Assembly (NCBI RefSeq): GCF_001194135.2
Contig: NC_068983.1
Location: forward strand, 126,079,038 to 126,115,517
Reading direction: 5' to 3'
Source: Octopus bimaculoides
Lineage: Eukaryota
Length of the DNA stretch: 36,480 bases
Shown: positions 1 to 11,795 of the stretch, in pieces
Layout: each line of letters opens with the position of its first letter
Numbering within the stretch: the first letter of the stretch is position 1
Translations under genes and position numbers: made by a program
The notes under the pieces: model-generated
Told to the model about the DNA's origin: nothing
The model's input: the letters and a program-made list of their open reading frames with translations, nothing else
Databases searched by the model: none

Positions 1-40
<40 letters not shown>
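1..40. repeat. (CA)n microsatellite
   Basis: Pure CA run from window start. Confidence 0.98.
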
Positions 41-43
<3 letters not shown>

Positions 44-420
44 TCACAAACTCAGCTACATAGATATAGATTATACTCTAGTTTGTATCATCTAGCTTGC
101 TGCAGTTTCACCAATCCTTTATATCACGTGCAGGATATCATATTTATCCTCTTTTTCCTGCAGGTATCAGCTAAACTATGACTGTGAACATACGAATATC
201 AATTTCACCACCCTTAATCCTCTCCTGCGGTAATATAAATCGTATAAAACTAACAGATTTACTTTCATTATACGGTTATATAAATCTTAAAAGACAAGAT
301 TTACGTAAGAGGAGGGATTCAATTCCAAATAGATTTTATAGGCTGCAATTTACTGAGGGATGGAATATGGTCAAATATAAACAACATAAAACAATGTTAA
401 TGTTGTTTGAGATCTCTCTA

Positions 421-500
421 TAACGACACGCACAAGCGCGCGCACACACGCACACACACACACACACACACGCACACATGTGCGCGCACACACACACATG
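421..500. repeat. (CA)/(CG) compound microsatellite
   Basis: cacacg/cgcgca/caca runs. Confidence 0.9.
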
Positions 501-672
501 CAAATATATATAATTCAATATAACTTGATTATCTACAAAAAATTGCAAACTTTCACTGAATACAAGGTTCACTACATGCACAGAGTTTAATGTTTATTAG
601 ATTTCCAAATTATACTTACCGATATATCGATGTTTGGACATATGCCAAATCTTCGAAATATCTGGATTCTTC

Positions 673-887
673 TTTTCTACTCCAAGCAGAAGGCCCGGAA
701 TTTTTTTTAGGGGAGTGGGCAAGTCGATTGGACTGATCAGTATGCAACTGTTAATCAATTTATCGACCCCGAAAGGATGAAAGATAAAGTCGACCTCGGC
801 GGATTTTTGAACTCAAAACCTACCGACAGACGAAACACCGCTAAGCATTATTACGGCGTGCTAGCGTTTCTGCCAGCTCACTGCCTT
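673..887 (-). mobile_element. tRNA-derived SINE, Octopus-type
   Basis: Reverse complement reads aaggcagtgagctggcagaaacgctagcacgcc...gagttcaaaaatccgccgaggtcgacttt...tttcggggtcgataaa; same family as the copy at 22184. Confidence 0.85.
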
Positions 888-2744
888 AATATTTGGATTA
901 TTGAAACTGTTTTGATAAGTAAAACTATGGGCGTGTAGAACGGAGAGTGAACAAAATTTTAAGGCGCATACACGTGCTCATAACCACACGTGCTCGCACA
1001 TGCATGTACTCTCTTTCTCACGTACTTACTCTCTCTCGTCTTTCCTTATTTTTCAAAAGCACACATTGATTGTCCTATTTGCCCGATTGCTGCAGATAAA
1101 TGGGTCTTATGTTTCATAAAATTATTTCCGAATGAAATCAAATTATGTAACTTAACGCTTAAACATGCAGAGACGCATAAGTCCTCATCGGTTTAAATAT
1201 ATATTCCCCCGAAAGCATATAGAACTTACATGATGTATGCCATGGTTTACTTTTCTATGAAGCCATCTTAATAAAGAGTCTTGGTGCCTGTTTTTTGTTT
1301 TTTTATCAGAAAATTCCCCAGGTCAAAAGTGTTTAGATTTGTTGTATCTTCTCTGTTTGGCTGTATCTGTGGAAATTCTAAAACTTTAGTGAACATTTTA
1401 AACTTCGGTGTATTGATGTAATTTTCCACGCTTTTTCCTGAAATATTCTTCAGAAACGTTAGAGAGATTTAAAGTTTGATAATGTTCACCCAGCCAGAAA
1501 ACAAGATTTGAAAGATGTCATTTTGTGCGTGACCGCATGACTTGTCAACTGTAAATAAATGAAATATTGGCGGAATCTCGCTTTACGTACCCCTAATATA
1601 TTTTTTTGTTTGAATTCTCAGAAGATTTTTGTGAATTTGTATTTTGCATACGGGAATGCATTCGATTATGCAAAACAGAAAAAAAGAAGTTCGGTAACAG
1701 CTTGGCTTGTTACTATGGAAACAGACAACTATATGTCTGTGACTTTGGATTGGCTAAAATTACCGTAAGTTTGCATATTTCAAAGGCTATTATCACTTTA
1801 TTTATTCATTCATGGCGAATATGAATTTCCTGCCAGTGATCTCATCACACAACTACACCAAAACATCAAATATGAAATCATCTAGGGGGAAAAATGCAGA
1901 AATTGGTAAGTTGCAGCCAAACAGAAAATATCCGATTTGCTTTATGTTTTTATGAATAAATATGAAAGTGATATTTTGACATAGTATTATATTTTGGAAA
2001 ACAATTTGCAATGTTTTCATATTTCAGCATAAAAAATGTTTATTTTAACTACAGAAAAATTTAACAACGTGAAAACTTGGAGAAATTTTAATATTTTCCC
2101 TGCACTACAAATGGAGAAAATGAATCTGAGTGTGGATGGGCGAAAGAGAGATTGCTATAAATGTTTATTTGTGCTAGAGTAATAACACACTATGACAATC
2201 TCAGGGGAGAAATTTAATGTCAAAACTCAAATAATTAACTTCCTGAAGATTCCTCTATCATAACAATGTAGGAACTTGTGGTTCTGAAACTGACAAAAAT
2301 AGCAGTCAGACTCATCTCAAATCACGGTAGAAAAGAAATTGGAACGTCCATTTTTTTTTTATAAATGTAATATATATTGAGAAATGGATGAAAGATCACA
2401 GGTGATATGTCTTCGATCATAATGCGGTCAGTGAAGATTCAATGATTCACCACAATAATCATCACACGCACCATTGTATTAATGTCAATTTCTCAATTGA
2501 TACAAAGACACTGATTTTATGACAGAGGAAAAATATTTAGAGTTAAGCCTTTATTTTTGTTCGTTTCTTTGAAACAAGAGATAAGAAAGAAGTGCTAACA
2601 TCAGCATGATTTAACTACTTATTATGACAAATTTAGTCCACTGTCAATGGTATTCTAATCATTAAGAGTTCATGTATCGATGTATCATTATTCCTGTCAT
2701 CATTTTATTACTAATGCCAATAACATGTGCACTAAGTTATATAA

Positions 2745-2747
<3 letters not shown>

Positions 2748-2804
<57 letters not shown>
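2748..2804. repeat. (TA)n microsatellite
   Basis: Pure TA run. Confidence 0.98.
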
Positions 2805-2807
<3 letters not shown>

Positions 2808-4237
2808 TGCCAGATCATACAATCAAAAATGGCGTCAAATTTGGACTCCAAATCTAGACAACCCAACGGGAATGAACGTTCCATGGAACTTTGAAAGTTT
2901 TTTTTTCCTGCCTTTTACTACGTACAAAATCATTATCAGAAAGATGACAATAATACATAGAGCTATTTTCCCATATATTTCAACGGAAAAATGTTGTATC
3001 TATATATATATAAAATCTAAATAATAAAACTCACTCCGACTAGGAAACCATGGAATGTTATTTTGTTTCCTTTTTCTACTCTTCATTTATTATGGATACT
3101 TTAGCAAATATCAGACCAGCACCATAGAAATTCATGTGATTCGTCAGAGTCTCTTTGTCAAACCAAATAATCTACATTTATTTATGAAGGTAAAATATAC
3201 TTCAAGCCGATAGCTAACTGAAGAAATATATTTTTTAATGTACATTAAGAGTATTCCGGATTATGGATATATTCATTATATTTTCACTTCATTTACAACA
3301 ATCGACATGTTTTAAATAAAGCAGAATATTTGCAATGATAGTTACCTCCGAAATATGAGCCTGTTAGAAAAAACGAAATAATCTTCGAAGAATATGTTCA
3401 ATATCTACTTTGTACTTTTCCGCTTTGTAATATGCTCCGACATTATACTGAGTCAATTGACTGATTTTAAGCCATATATAGTAATTTAATAATTAGATCA
3501 TATAATTAACATTGATTGATTTATTTTTGTAGCAATTTACTCTAATCGTAGTATGATATTGCAAAATAGCGGTCCTATAACTTTTATCATTCAGATAAAT
3601 ATATGAAGTTGACATAGTAAGGAACCTCTATCAGAATTTATAGTATTGTACCATGTCAGTCCTGGTTGTTTAACTGACTGATAAGTTGTGGTCTTCGAAC
3701 ATTAGTTTATTGTTCATGTCATATTATGTTTGACTGGTGATGATGCTCTTCAATTTTAGTCATTGTGACGAGGAAAAAATTGTGTTCTTTATTTGAGATG
3801 ATAATGTGTTATTTAAAGAAATTTAGTTAACAAATATTTCACATCCTATAACTTCGTTTATGTTGCAACATTCAGTTTGTTAATTGCTATAATGTAGCAT
3901 AAATTTACTGTTGTGATAATCATATATCATGTCAAATGAGTGAGACAATGACTAAATATCACGGGGCATGTAAACCCCTCGTAACATGTGTGTTGTTTAT
4001 TTTATTATTTTTGTTTTAGAAATAAAGGATCGAAGGCGTGAATCATTGGAGATATTAAATATTTGCTACAATTCAAGTGTAAAAAAATGGGGATAAATAC
4101 TAATTTATTTATTACATCTTATGTGATAACCAGTATATTACCAAGTCAGATATACGAAAAGTCATATACATTCAGATTTTAATTTGTAGATATCTAGTAT
4201 AATAATCAAATTATTTCATTTCATATATATATCTACC

Positions 4238-4367
4238 AATGCTAACTGTTTGAACTATCGATACATGAAAAGTGGTTTTAAAATCCATTGCTAACTGTTT
4301 GAACTATCGATACAATGCTAACTGTTTGAACTATCGATACATGAAAAGTGGTTTTCAAATCCATTGC
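4238..4367 (+). repeat. Local triplication/duplication (53 + 23 + 54 nt)
   Basis: ctaactgtttgaactatcgatac occurs three times; the following atgaaaagtggtttt(a/c)aaatccattgc occurs twice. Confidence 0.95.
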
Positions 4368-6657
4368 GACAAGGTAAGTAGTTATGCATTAACAACATTT
4401 CTTAGCTTGTGCCTTAACTATATAAAATAATACATAGAAATGTAACTCCATTTGACACATGCTCTGTTCAGAAATATTTTATTTCTATCTAAGAACGAAC
4501 TCATTAAGCATAGCGTAGTCTAGATCCAAATTTATCTATATGAACAACAGATGTTTTCTGGTTATTACGGTTGAAATAGTTTCACTTACTAGGCAACGGA
4601 TAGCTTTGTGCATCTTCTGCATGTAATTGCCCTAAATTTGCAGTAATTGAAATCATTTACTGTATATGAAACACTAATATTGATTCACCTAAAGGTTACC
4701 TGCTTAGTAAACAACATTAGTAAACACCTGGAAAACATTCAACCTGAGTTTTCAACATCCGGTTCAAATACCCTTCTGAACGGATACATGCACTGATAAG
4801 CGTTGCAGTTCTCTACAGCTAGAACAAAGAACATATGATACCATTTTATAAACGACTACATAACAAAAGCGCAATTTAATGATCCCTGTTCGGTGCTAAA
4901 TTTAGGGATTAATTTAACTCCACAATTAATATGCGTTTGCGTTTAGTTTGGTATTATCTACAATTCGTATAGTTTAACTTAATTTTCCCAGATATGTAGC
5001 ACTTCAAACTAGAACGGTTTTACCAGTTCTTCAGCTACTCCGTCAACGGGTAAGTATAACGATATTGAATTGAAAATTACTATTTGTAAATCTCTGAACA
5101 ACAGATATTCAGTAACAGTCCTTTAGAGTAGACAATACTGGGTGTCACAATTTGTAGATAAAAACTAGTTATATTCCACGTCAATAAATATAAGGCATTA
5201 ATGATAGGATACTGATTATTTAGATTTGTTTAAGTTCAAACTTGCTGGCACATAATTCGCCCTGAAAATCAAGAACATAGCATAATATTGCAATCAGCTC
5301 AATTCACCATTGTATACATCAACTTCTTCATTATGATAAGTTGAAAGAAACAATATTTTTCCTGAGTAGTCCTGTGTATTAGACAAAACATGATTATATA
5401 ATGCTGAAAGAAATAAAAAGAAATAATTAGTTGTGTTTGTATAAAACGGAATATATTCGCCTCGAAACTCTGAAGTTTTCTAAGAATAACAACGAATTAG
5501 CAACAAAAGAAGCGCGGTAAAATTCATGAAAGGCCTTGATACACGGACGGACAAATAATAAAGAAAGTTACTTCTAGTGAATCAATAATTACGCGATATG
5601 CACACTGTGCAAAAGTAATAGCCTTCTTTTCGTTTCTCACGCAGCGGTTTTGTTTTGATCTATTGATAAAAGTACTTAAATTAATACGACGGATATTGGC
5701 AGTGCTCTTCAACACGTTTGTAGATAATCTCACAAGAACATGCACATCTACAGTCACTTCTCACATATTGTTTTCACTTATAGTTGCTACCACATTTCAC
5801 TGGTTCTTCACCTCCAGATATGTTACCATCACAGCTGCCTGTGTAACTGTGTGATGTTTCCTATTCAGGTATTGATTTTAGGTATTTGGTCACTTCTGAG
5901 TTTAGCAGATTGGAAATGCTTTAAATTAAGCGCTGTATAGAGATATTTTTATCTTTCAATATATCACTTGATGCATTCTACTGTATACGTTCATCCCCAA
6001 GGCTGTGCATATGTTTGCTTATGCAATGCGCAAATGAGTCAATTTTATTGTTTGAACGACAAATGTGGATCTGTGCTTATAAACTGTTAAAAGATAATCT
6101 AAACATGTGCTACATACTAATGGAGGTAAAATATTGTATTTACATTTATATAGTTGCAAATAATATAAGATCTAACACACATACAGACACACACACAGAC
6201 ACACACATGCACGCACACATGCACACATAATTACAGTTAACGTATTAAATCTAGTAATATTTTAAAGAAAAGCGAATATGTAACGAAACATATATAATAA
6301 AAATATTACATGAAAAAAGGATTTCTTTCCTGGAGTCACTAACTAAATGCGTTTTTAATGTTTAAAAGCAATACATGTAAAGAAGATTAGTATGAATTGG
6401 TAATGGAAATATTCCTTTGTATAACGAAATTACCAAAAATTATGTGCTTCTGTATTACAGGTTGTTATACCAGATGGTATTATGTTAATGATTTCGTGGT
6501 ACGGAAAGAGTTAAATAGTACATAATCAGGGAAGATGTTCAAAGAGAATCAACTATGGTTATCATAAGATTGAAACAAAAACACAGAACTAAATAAAGAA
6601 ACGTAGTTGACCGGAAAAGATACATGTTTTTAACGTTGGAATATTTATTGTATCATA

Positions 6658-6720
6658 AACGTTAAGGTGGTTATATAGATATAACTTGTAAAGTTATATC
6701 TATATAACCACCTTAACGTT
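6658..6720. repeat. Perfect hairpin, 30-bp arms, 3-nt loop
   Basis: aacgttaaggtggttatatagatataactt-gta-aagttatatctatataaccaccttaacgtt. Confidence 0.95.
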
Positions 6721-7613
6721 ATATCTTTGGGAACGATTTAAGGATGAGATCGTATAGGAAGCGGAATGAATGAAGATAATGTGAGAAAGGACAGCGGATT
6801 GTAACAGTCAAGCCCATGTTTTCATTGAGGACAATAGAAGAGACTTTTACAAAATGTCAATGTTTTTCATTTCCTCGCGTTGATTACATTCATATTATAT
6901 GCTATAGCTAGAGTTTTCCTTAAATATATGAGAGAACGCGATTCTGACAATCACGTTCCTGATGACATATTTATTATCTCAAACAAATTCTGCTGACACT
7001 TTTTTCATACTTTTAGCTACAGCTTCTTCGACTTCTGAGCAAAGTTCCTTAAATCTAAAAACATCATAGGCTAAGCTTGAAGCAGTGAGGCTAAACCTGT
7101 GAAATCTTGCAAGCATTAATTTCAAATTTTAGTATTGACTATATTTTATCTTTTCAGTTAAACTGTCATCTGCCAGTGCAAAGAAGACTTCAAATGTAAC
7201 TAGTTGCGACTTAAAAGTGGACAAAATTCGGCATCGTGGTGGTATCTAGTATCTGCAGAAAAAAAGCTTTAGCGCTCAAAGACATTCATGTTGACATGGT
7301 TGCTACATGAAAGGAAAACGCTATAGCTTAATCAACATTGCAAAATGCAGAGATGATAGAAATTCATAAATTATTTAATGCATTGCTACATATGTCTACA
7401 TAAAAAAGCTATGCTTTAGTTGTTGTATTCCTCATCCATAGGATATTTCAAATATGCTTTCCAAAATCCATGAATCTTCAGGGGAATATTAGTACATGTG
7501 TTTTAATAAAAGCTGCATTAGTGTTCTGAATGTATGAGTGTTTACCTTCGGGATATTTACTAATTTACAGCAATTAGAAGTATCTGTGGGCAGTTTCTGT
7601 GACTATTATGACT

Positions 7614-7616
<3 letters not shown>

Positions 7617-7652
<36 letters not shown>
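7617..7652. repeat. (TA)n microsatellite
   Basis: TA run. Confidence 0.97.
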
Positions 7653-7654
<2 letters not shown>

Positions 7655-8083
7655 CAATATTGGTGAATGAATGTATATAGTGCTTTACTTTGTATTTAGA
7701 CCTTTGTGCAAATGGGCGGGTGTGAAGAGGAGAATTAAGGGCGTAGCCAGAATTCGAAATCACGATGCAGGTATATCCGATTCTTAATTCTAGAGATTTG
7801 AGCTGTGAAGATTTCTTAATCTTTATTCGTTTGCGCAATTTCTGTTGATCTATTGTGTATTTCAGTGGAATTCGGTGATTTAGTTGATGATTTAGCTCCT
7901 CTTTCTAGTAAGGTGGTGCCTCGTGTGCCCTCTAATTATAATTATAAATTTTATTCACTACCTATTTAACGCTATTATTAGTTGCTACCACCTATATTTT
8001 TGTTGTTATTATTATCAATTATTTATATTTACCTCTGTTAATAATATTATCTATATGAATATTCCTTCGAATATTTACTACTT

Positions 8084-8086
8084 ATA

Positions 8087-8173
<87 letters not shown>
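8084..8173. repeat. (TA)n(TG)n compound microsatellite
   Basis: TA run followed by TG run. Confidence 0.97.
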
Positions 8174-8175
<2 letters not shown>

Positions 8176-9099
8176 CGTGTATTAGTTGCTGAGATTATCT
8201 TTTCGAATACCTTTCATTTTCCTGTAAATGGAAGTTAAATCCTGGCGTACTCAATGCCTCATAAAATTCGATTTCTATATTTTGTACTTCTATTATCTGC
8301 CATTAATAAACACATTCGACACAAGTGCAAGTGTAATCTTCTTTTATTAAACCTATGGCGATATTTTAGAGAAATTATAAAATACAATCGGGATGCAAAC
8401 GATGGATGATCCTAAATTTGGAACACATTTTGTTAACGTTTGCTATGTTGGACTACTACTAAGCGATAAGAAGAAAATATCTTAAAATATAAAGTTCAGA
8501 TAAATAACTGTATATTGTCCCGTACAACGATTGCTCTCAAATTGTCTCAAATTGTGGCGATAGACAGATGACAGACTTGTGACGCAAATTCTTCCACAAT
8601 TAATCCCCCTCACTATTAAGTCGTGATGTTTCTAACTCATACTCCTTAATTTCTATAGATCAGATTAACATATACCTGAATTCCGTACTTTACATTTTTA
8701 TTTATGTTGTGATTAATTAACATTGCTAAATTCGTAACATTGTTTATTCCACCCTAATGCTAATTCATCTAAATTGTTAAATACAATGCATTGAAAACAG
8801 AGCTCTGCGACCAAAGGATTGTTTCAAAATTACTTGGTGAAATCGATTAAATTTTACAAACAAAGTATCCTGACACGTAAAGTTTCTTCGGAAAATGGAC
8901 CATTCTATTTTACTATTATGCCCGAATTTGACTTTTATAATTAATATTAATTGCCATATTTATATAGACTAGAACACTATAATTAAGAAGCATAATTTTG
9001 GAAAATAAGCACCTAACAGAATTTAGGCCTATTCAGCTACTCCGAGAGGAGCGTGCATCAATGTAACTTCAATCAACCACAAACAGTATTGTCGAACCG

Positions 9100-9377
9100 T
9101 TAAGTTAGGGGGACGTAAGTACACCACACTAGTTGCCAAGCAATAGTGAGGAGATAAACAAACACAAAAACACAAAGGCAAATACACACACGCAAACATA
9201 TATGCGACGAATTTCTTTCAGTTTCTCTCTACCTCTCTACAATCCACTCAGGAGGTGTTGGTCGTGGTCGGCCCGAGGTTTCTGGAGCAGATACTTTCCC
9301 AAGGTGTTAGGCAGTGGAAGTGAATCCGGAGCAATGTGATTTGGGAAAAAAGCTTCTTACCACACAGCTACGCCTAT
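9100..9377 (-). mobile_element. tRNA-derived SINE (second family)
   Basis: Reverse complement starts ggcgtagctgtgtggtaagaagcttttttcccaaatcacattgctccggattcacttccactgcctaacaccttggggaaagt..., a tRNA-like A/B-box head followed by SINE body. Confidence 0.8.
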
Positions 9378-9919
9378 GTACATAGGTATGTATACACATG
9401 TACATATATATATGTGTTTGTGTGTGCGTTGTAGATAGATCGATATATATATAGATCGATATATATATATAGAGAGAGAGATAAAAACCAACTGGTTCTA
9501 CTGCCTTTTTATAAGAAACAAGGACACTATCAACATAAGGTGGCTTAAATATACCCGATGATCACTAGCAAAACGTCCCCACCCCGAAAAATGGAATAGC
9601 ATTTACCACAGCTACTAAAACCACTTTTTAACACCCTCTGTCACTAATAGGCTATTAGTAGTAGCATTTAACCAAACAGTCATTGAAACACACCAACGCA
9701 TTATACATAAATTTATGTATGACGTAAGTGATGAAAACGGAGGTTAGTTGTTCCAGGCGATATCCAAAGGGAACATTAACTTAACAACCTATTCTGATAA
9801 AGGAATAAACACATCATACCAACATATAGGCACACACACACAATCATGTTCATTTGTCTGCATAGATATGTATATATGTTTATATGTTGGAGTATCTGCG
9901 TATAGTTTATTTGCTAAAG

Positions 9920-10084
9920 TTTAGTTGCTAAAAACAAAATGGTATGTTTTGTGAAAGTAATCAATCTCTCTCCCCATATAAATATATATATTATATTCAT
10001 ATGGGGAGAGAGGGGGAGAGAGAATGAGGGAGTTAGAGAGTGATTACTTTCACATAAAAAACCATTTTGTTTTTAGCAACTAAA
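9920..10084. mobile_element. MITE/foldback element
   Basis: 24-bp perfect terminal inverted repeat tttagttgctaaaaacaaaatggt (9920-9943 / 10061-10084); imperfect pairing continues inward (gtgaaagtaatca, ctctctccccatat). Confidence 0.7.
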
Positions 10085-10507
10085 ATTTTACATCGAACGA
10101 TTATATTTCGCAGAGCACTGTTATCTAGAGATTGTACTTTACAGAAGAGAGAAAATCTTCATATCTTCCATTATTGGTGTTTTGACTTGATTGAAGTCAA
10201 CAAGTATACGATTTTTTAATGTTTAACTAATTAATACAATATTTGTGCTTTTGTGAATTAAACTGGTTTTCAAGAATTTAATTAATTTTGTAAATTTCGA
10301 ATATTAGAACACATTCGGAATTGCTTTTAGTACATCTGACCTAAAAAAAAAACACAATCATACATTGATGAAAATAACAATGTTATTATAGATAAAAATT
10401 AATATAGAATGATGATTTTGAAATGGTGGATTATTATTGGACTTAAACATTCTTAATCATTGTGGTGGAATTCTAATTGGTAGACCAAATGCTAAACGTA
10501 CAAGGAC

Positions 10508-10581
10508 ACGTAAACCACACAAAAAATTAACATGTACGGAAAAAACGTAAACCATACAATAACTTGACATGGACGGAAAAA
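10508..10581 (+). repeat. Degenerate ~37-bp tandem duplication
   Basis: acgtaaaccacacaaaaaattaacatgtacggaaaaa / acgtaaaccatacaataacttgacatggacggaaaaa. Confidence 0.75.
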
Positions 10582-10739
10582 CACGGAGAAATGGTACACA
10601 ATTACAGATAACAGGACATTAACGACTGATGTATTTCGACTAAGCATGAATTAAATTAAGCTGGTGTGTGTGGATGTATAAAGCCTTACGGCAGTGACGG
10701 TTGTTCCGAAATTCAATTTTTCCAAAATTTGTTATCCAT

Positions 10740-10784
10740 ATTTACAGTTGAAAAGATCTCAAGGATCGAAACCGGTACTGAAAT
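10740..10784 (+). ncRNA. Minimal type I hammerhead ribozyme candidate, U3-A8 core variant
   Basis: Stem I AUUU(A)CAG / CUGAAAU; core UUGAAAA (10748-10754); stem II GAUC-ucaag-GAUC; GAAA (10768-10771); palindromic ACCGGU stem III; GUA cleavage after 10777. Confidence 0.65.
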
Positions 10785-11035
10785 GTTTTTTATAAAAGTA
10801 TTTTAGCATTTTCTACCTTGACTTTTATTTTGCATATATATATATATATATATATAATATTAGGGACAAAATCCAAAATAACAGGTAGAAACTTGTTTCT
10901 TTTCCCTAAAACTATATATATATATATATATATATACACACTCAATATTGTTACACACACTCTCCGATGGACATTCATCTTACACTAGAATCATTCACAC
11001 TTACTAACATCGGTGTTTGTTCAGAACGAGAGGGA

Positions 11036-11130
11036 GAATGAGAGAGTGTGACTGAGTGATAGAGAGAAAGAGAGAGAGAGAGAGAGAGAGTGAGTGACTG
11101 AGAGAGACATAAGGAGAGAAAGCGTAAGAG
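11036..11130. repeat. (GA)n-rich low-complexity tract
   Basis: gagagagag/gagtga runs. Confidence 0.9.
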
Positions 11131-11334
11131 AAATTTGTAGAGATAAATACGCTAACAGATAAAGAGTAACAAAGACTTGGGAAGAAGCAATATTATACGC
11201 ATAAAAGAATATTACAAATATAGAACTTTAGAAACTTAATTGAAGCAGTTAATATAACCCAGAAAATACCAAAAAGATTAAGTTACGGCTAGAAAAACCC
11301 ATTGAGTATGAAAATCAATTACAATAACAAAATG

Positions 11335-11369
<35 letters not shown>

Positions 11370-11397
11370 ATGCACACACACTTATATACATATACAT

Positions 11398-11795
11398 ATA
11401 TGGTCACGAATGCTGGGTAATGACTAAATTAGTACGATTGCGAATACAAACAGCAGAAATGGCGTTCCTCCGCAACAGTGTGCACACCTTGGAGATCAGT
11501 ATGCCTGGCAAGATAGAGCCGCTACTTATCTGCATTTAGAAGTCACAGCTACAGTACTATGAACATGTGATTAGAATATCACAGGATTGAATCGTAAGAT
11601 ACTTCAAGCTGAACTAGGAAAGACGAAGAACGGTTTGTTCGTATAGCATTTAAAGTTTGAGACTGTCAGGCTTGGAAATCCTGCCGGAATGCCTAGTGAC
11701 TACAGCTTCGGATATTATATTTTGTAGAAGTTACCTTAGGAGTCTACGTTCCCCCACCCCAAGAAATATCGGATAGGTAGGATGGATGGATGGAT
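11398..11795 (+). mobile_element. RTE-clade LINE 3' fragment, decayed
   Basis: YGHECWVMTKLVRLRIQTAEMAFLR...IEPLLICI*KSQLQYYEHVIRI matches the RTE ORF C-terminus (YG.E.W...AAEM.FLR...IE.SQL.W.GHV.R); ends in (GGAT)n. Confidence 0.8.

Larger units (their letters stand above)
164..7830 (+). pseudogene. Decayed multi-exon gene with about four MAM-like domains and Ser/Thr-rich linkers
   Basis: AG/GT-bounded exon-like blocks at 164-229, 1622-1764, 1837-1905, 2858-3189, 3595-~3770, 4020-4373, ~4494-4622, 4992-5049, 7017-~7069, 7158-7531 and 7700-~7830. Four GTAAGT donors (1765, 1906, 4374, 5050). Translations echo MAM motifs: NFES..(C)..Q...DD..W, CL.(F/Y).Y...G, W...V....F.V.FE...(D)IALDD. Many stops and frameshifts. 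Confidence 0.5.

Noticed and set aside
1606-1764. Kinase-like LYVCDFGLAK motif in ORF 1606-1824
   Set aside because: No HRD/catalytic loop at the right spacing and no other kinase motifs; the overlapping frame fits the MAM C-terminal pattern better.
5524-5940. Overlapping sense/antisense open frames with Cys-rich stretches (possible piggyBac C-terminus or host exon)
   Set aside because: No diagnostic motif or TIR; neither strand could be assigned.
1837-7830. In-frame TAG/TGA stops at Trp-like positions rescued by A-to-I editing
   Set aside because: Attractive in a cephalopod, but the same exons also carry TAA stops, adjacent double stops and frameshifts; ordinary TGG-to-stop decay explains the pattern.
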